From Enoplolaimus lenunculus (taxonomy: Eukaryota): 64,000 bases of DNA. Shown here in pieces: positions 63,351 to 64,000 of the stretch (positions are counted from its first letter, which is position 1; each line of letters starts with the position of its first letter). The notes below the pieces were generated by a model that searched no databases, was not told where the DNA came from, and saw only the letters and a program-made list of their open reading frames with translations. Position numbers and translations under genes: made by a program. The stretch lies in contig JASANG010003092.1 of assembly GCA_030248215.1 (NCBI GenBank), positions 806,001 to 870,000 on the forward strand, given 5' to 3'.

Positions 63351-64000
63351 TTTGGTACATTGCTGTCCCGGGAAAATGGGACGGGTACTCCTGGTACATT
63401 TCTGGCCCGGGAAAATGGGACGGCCTTTAGGGTACCATTGGCCATTGCCGCTACGCACCGCGAGCATACCGCTCTTAATTCGCGAACTGGAACGCTGGGC
63501 GGGAACGGTTCTTACGTTGCTCTGCTGTCTTGATAAAGACCCTGACCTGAATTGGATCATCGGCACAAAAGTGTAGCAGGACAATATAGAGCTTCGTAAA
63601 ACTGCAAATTCCTTGTTTAAACAGCCAATGAACGATAGTCCAAAGAATAAAAATAGATTCTGAACAGTATCCAGTTTTTGACTGAATTTTATAAAAGCTA
63701 ACGGAGGCGACACTTTGATTTAGTTTGCATGGGCTGCCTATGTTTATAATATGGAGCCGTTTAATACTACAGCAGTGCCTATAACTCTTTTCTGTTATGC
63801 AGGATATATACGTTCAGGATGTTCTATTCTCTGTGGGTATGCCTACAACAACAGCTTCGAAACACATATTTTTGCTCGGACATTCGGGGCAGCTTCGAAA
63901 TTGGTAACTATCATTTGAGAATTTGAGAGGATAACACTTTATTTTACATGGCTAAAACACTTAAATTTTCGGTGATTACACAGCGGAAACGGGCACCGAT

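Noticed and set aside
62913..63445. Collagen-like or antifreeze-like ORFs (GTDGTV, WDRWDS, LSHLSQ repeats)
   Set aside because: Several frames on both strands are open simply because the 9-bp repeat lacks stop codons. There is no signal peptide or gene context.

Overview
AT-rich, intron- and repeat-dense eukaryotic DNA, most likely from a nematode: TTAGGC telomere-type hexamers, TTTCAG-type acceptors and an SH2-kinase Fer family member all point that way, but the species cannot be fixed from sequence. Manual splicing gives five genes, mostly missed by the ORF track. These are a REEP5/YOP1-like gene (+, 3501-9957) with a duplicated, mutually exclusive exon 4, a 10-exon Fer/Fes-family tyrosine kinase lacking F-BAR (-, 12459-29183), a single-exon NPY/FLP-type GPCR (+, 42967-43980), THOC3 (-, 47388-53612) and ZC3H15 (-, 56657-61655). 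A possible unidentified gene tail lies at the left edge. Introns and intergenic DNA are filled with non-autonomous DNA transposons: GG..CC/8-bp-TSD MITEs carrying telomeric TTAGGC repeats (at least 13 copies), TA-TSD Tc1/mariner-type MITEs, several hAT and Harbinger-like MITEs, TTAA piggyBac-like MITEs with an internal tRNA-like Pol III cassette, a fossil hAT transposase, and several tandem arrays. The strongest leads are the REEP5 exon switch, the telomere-repeat MITEs, and the recurring internal tRNA modules in unrelated repeat families. All coordinates were read by eye, so repeat boundaries may be off by a few bases.
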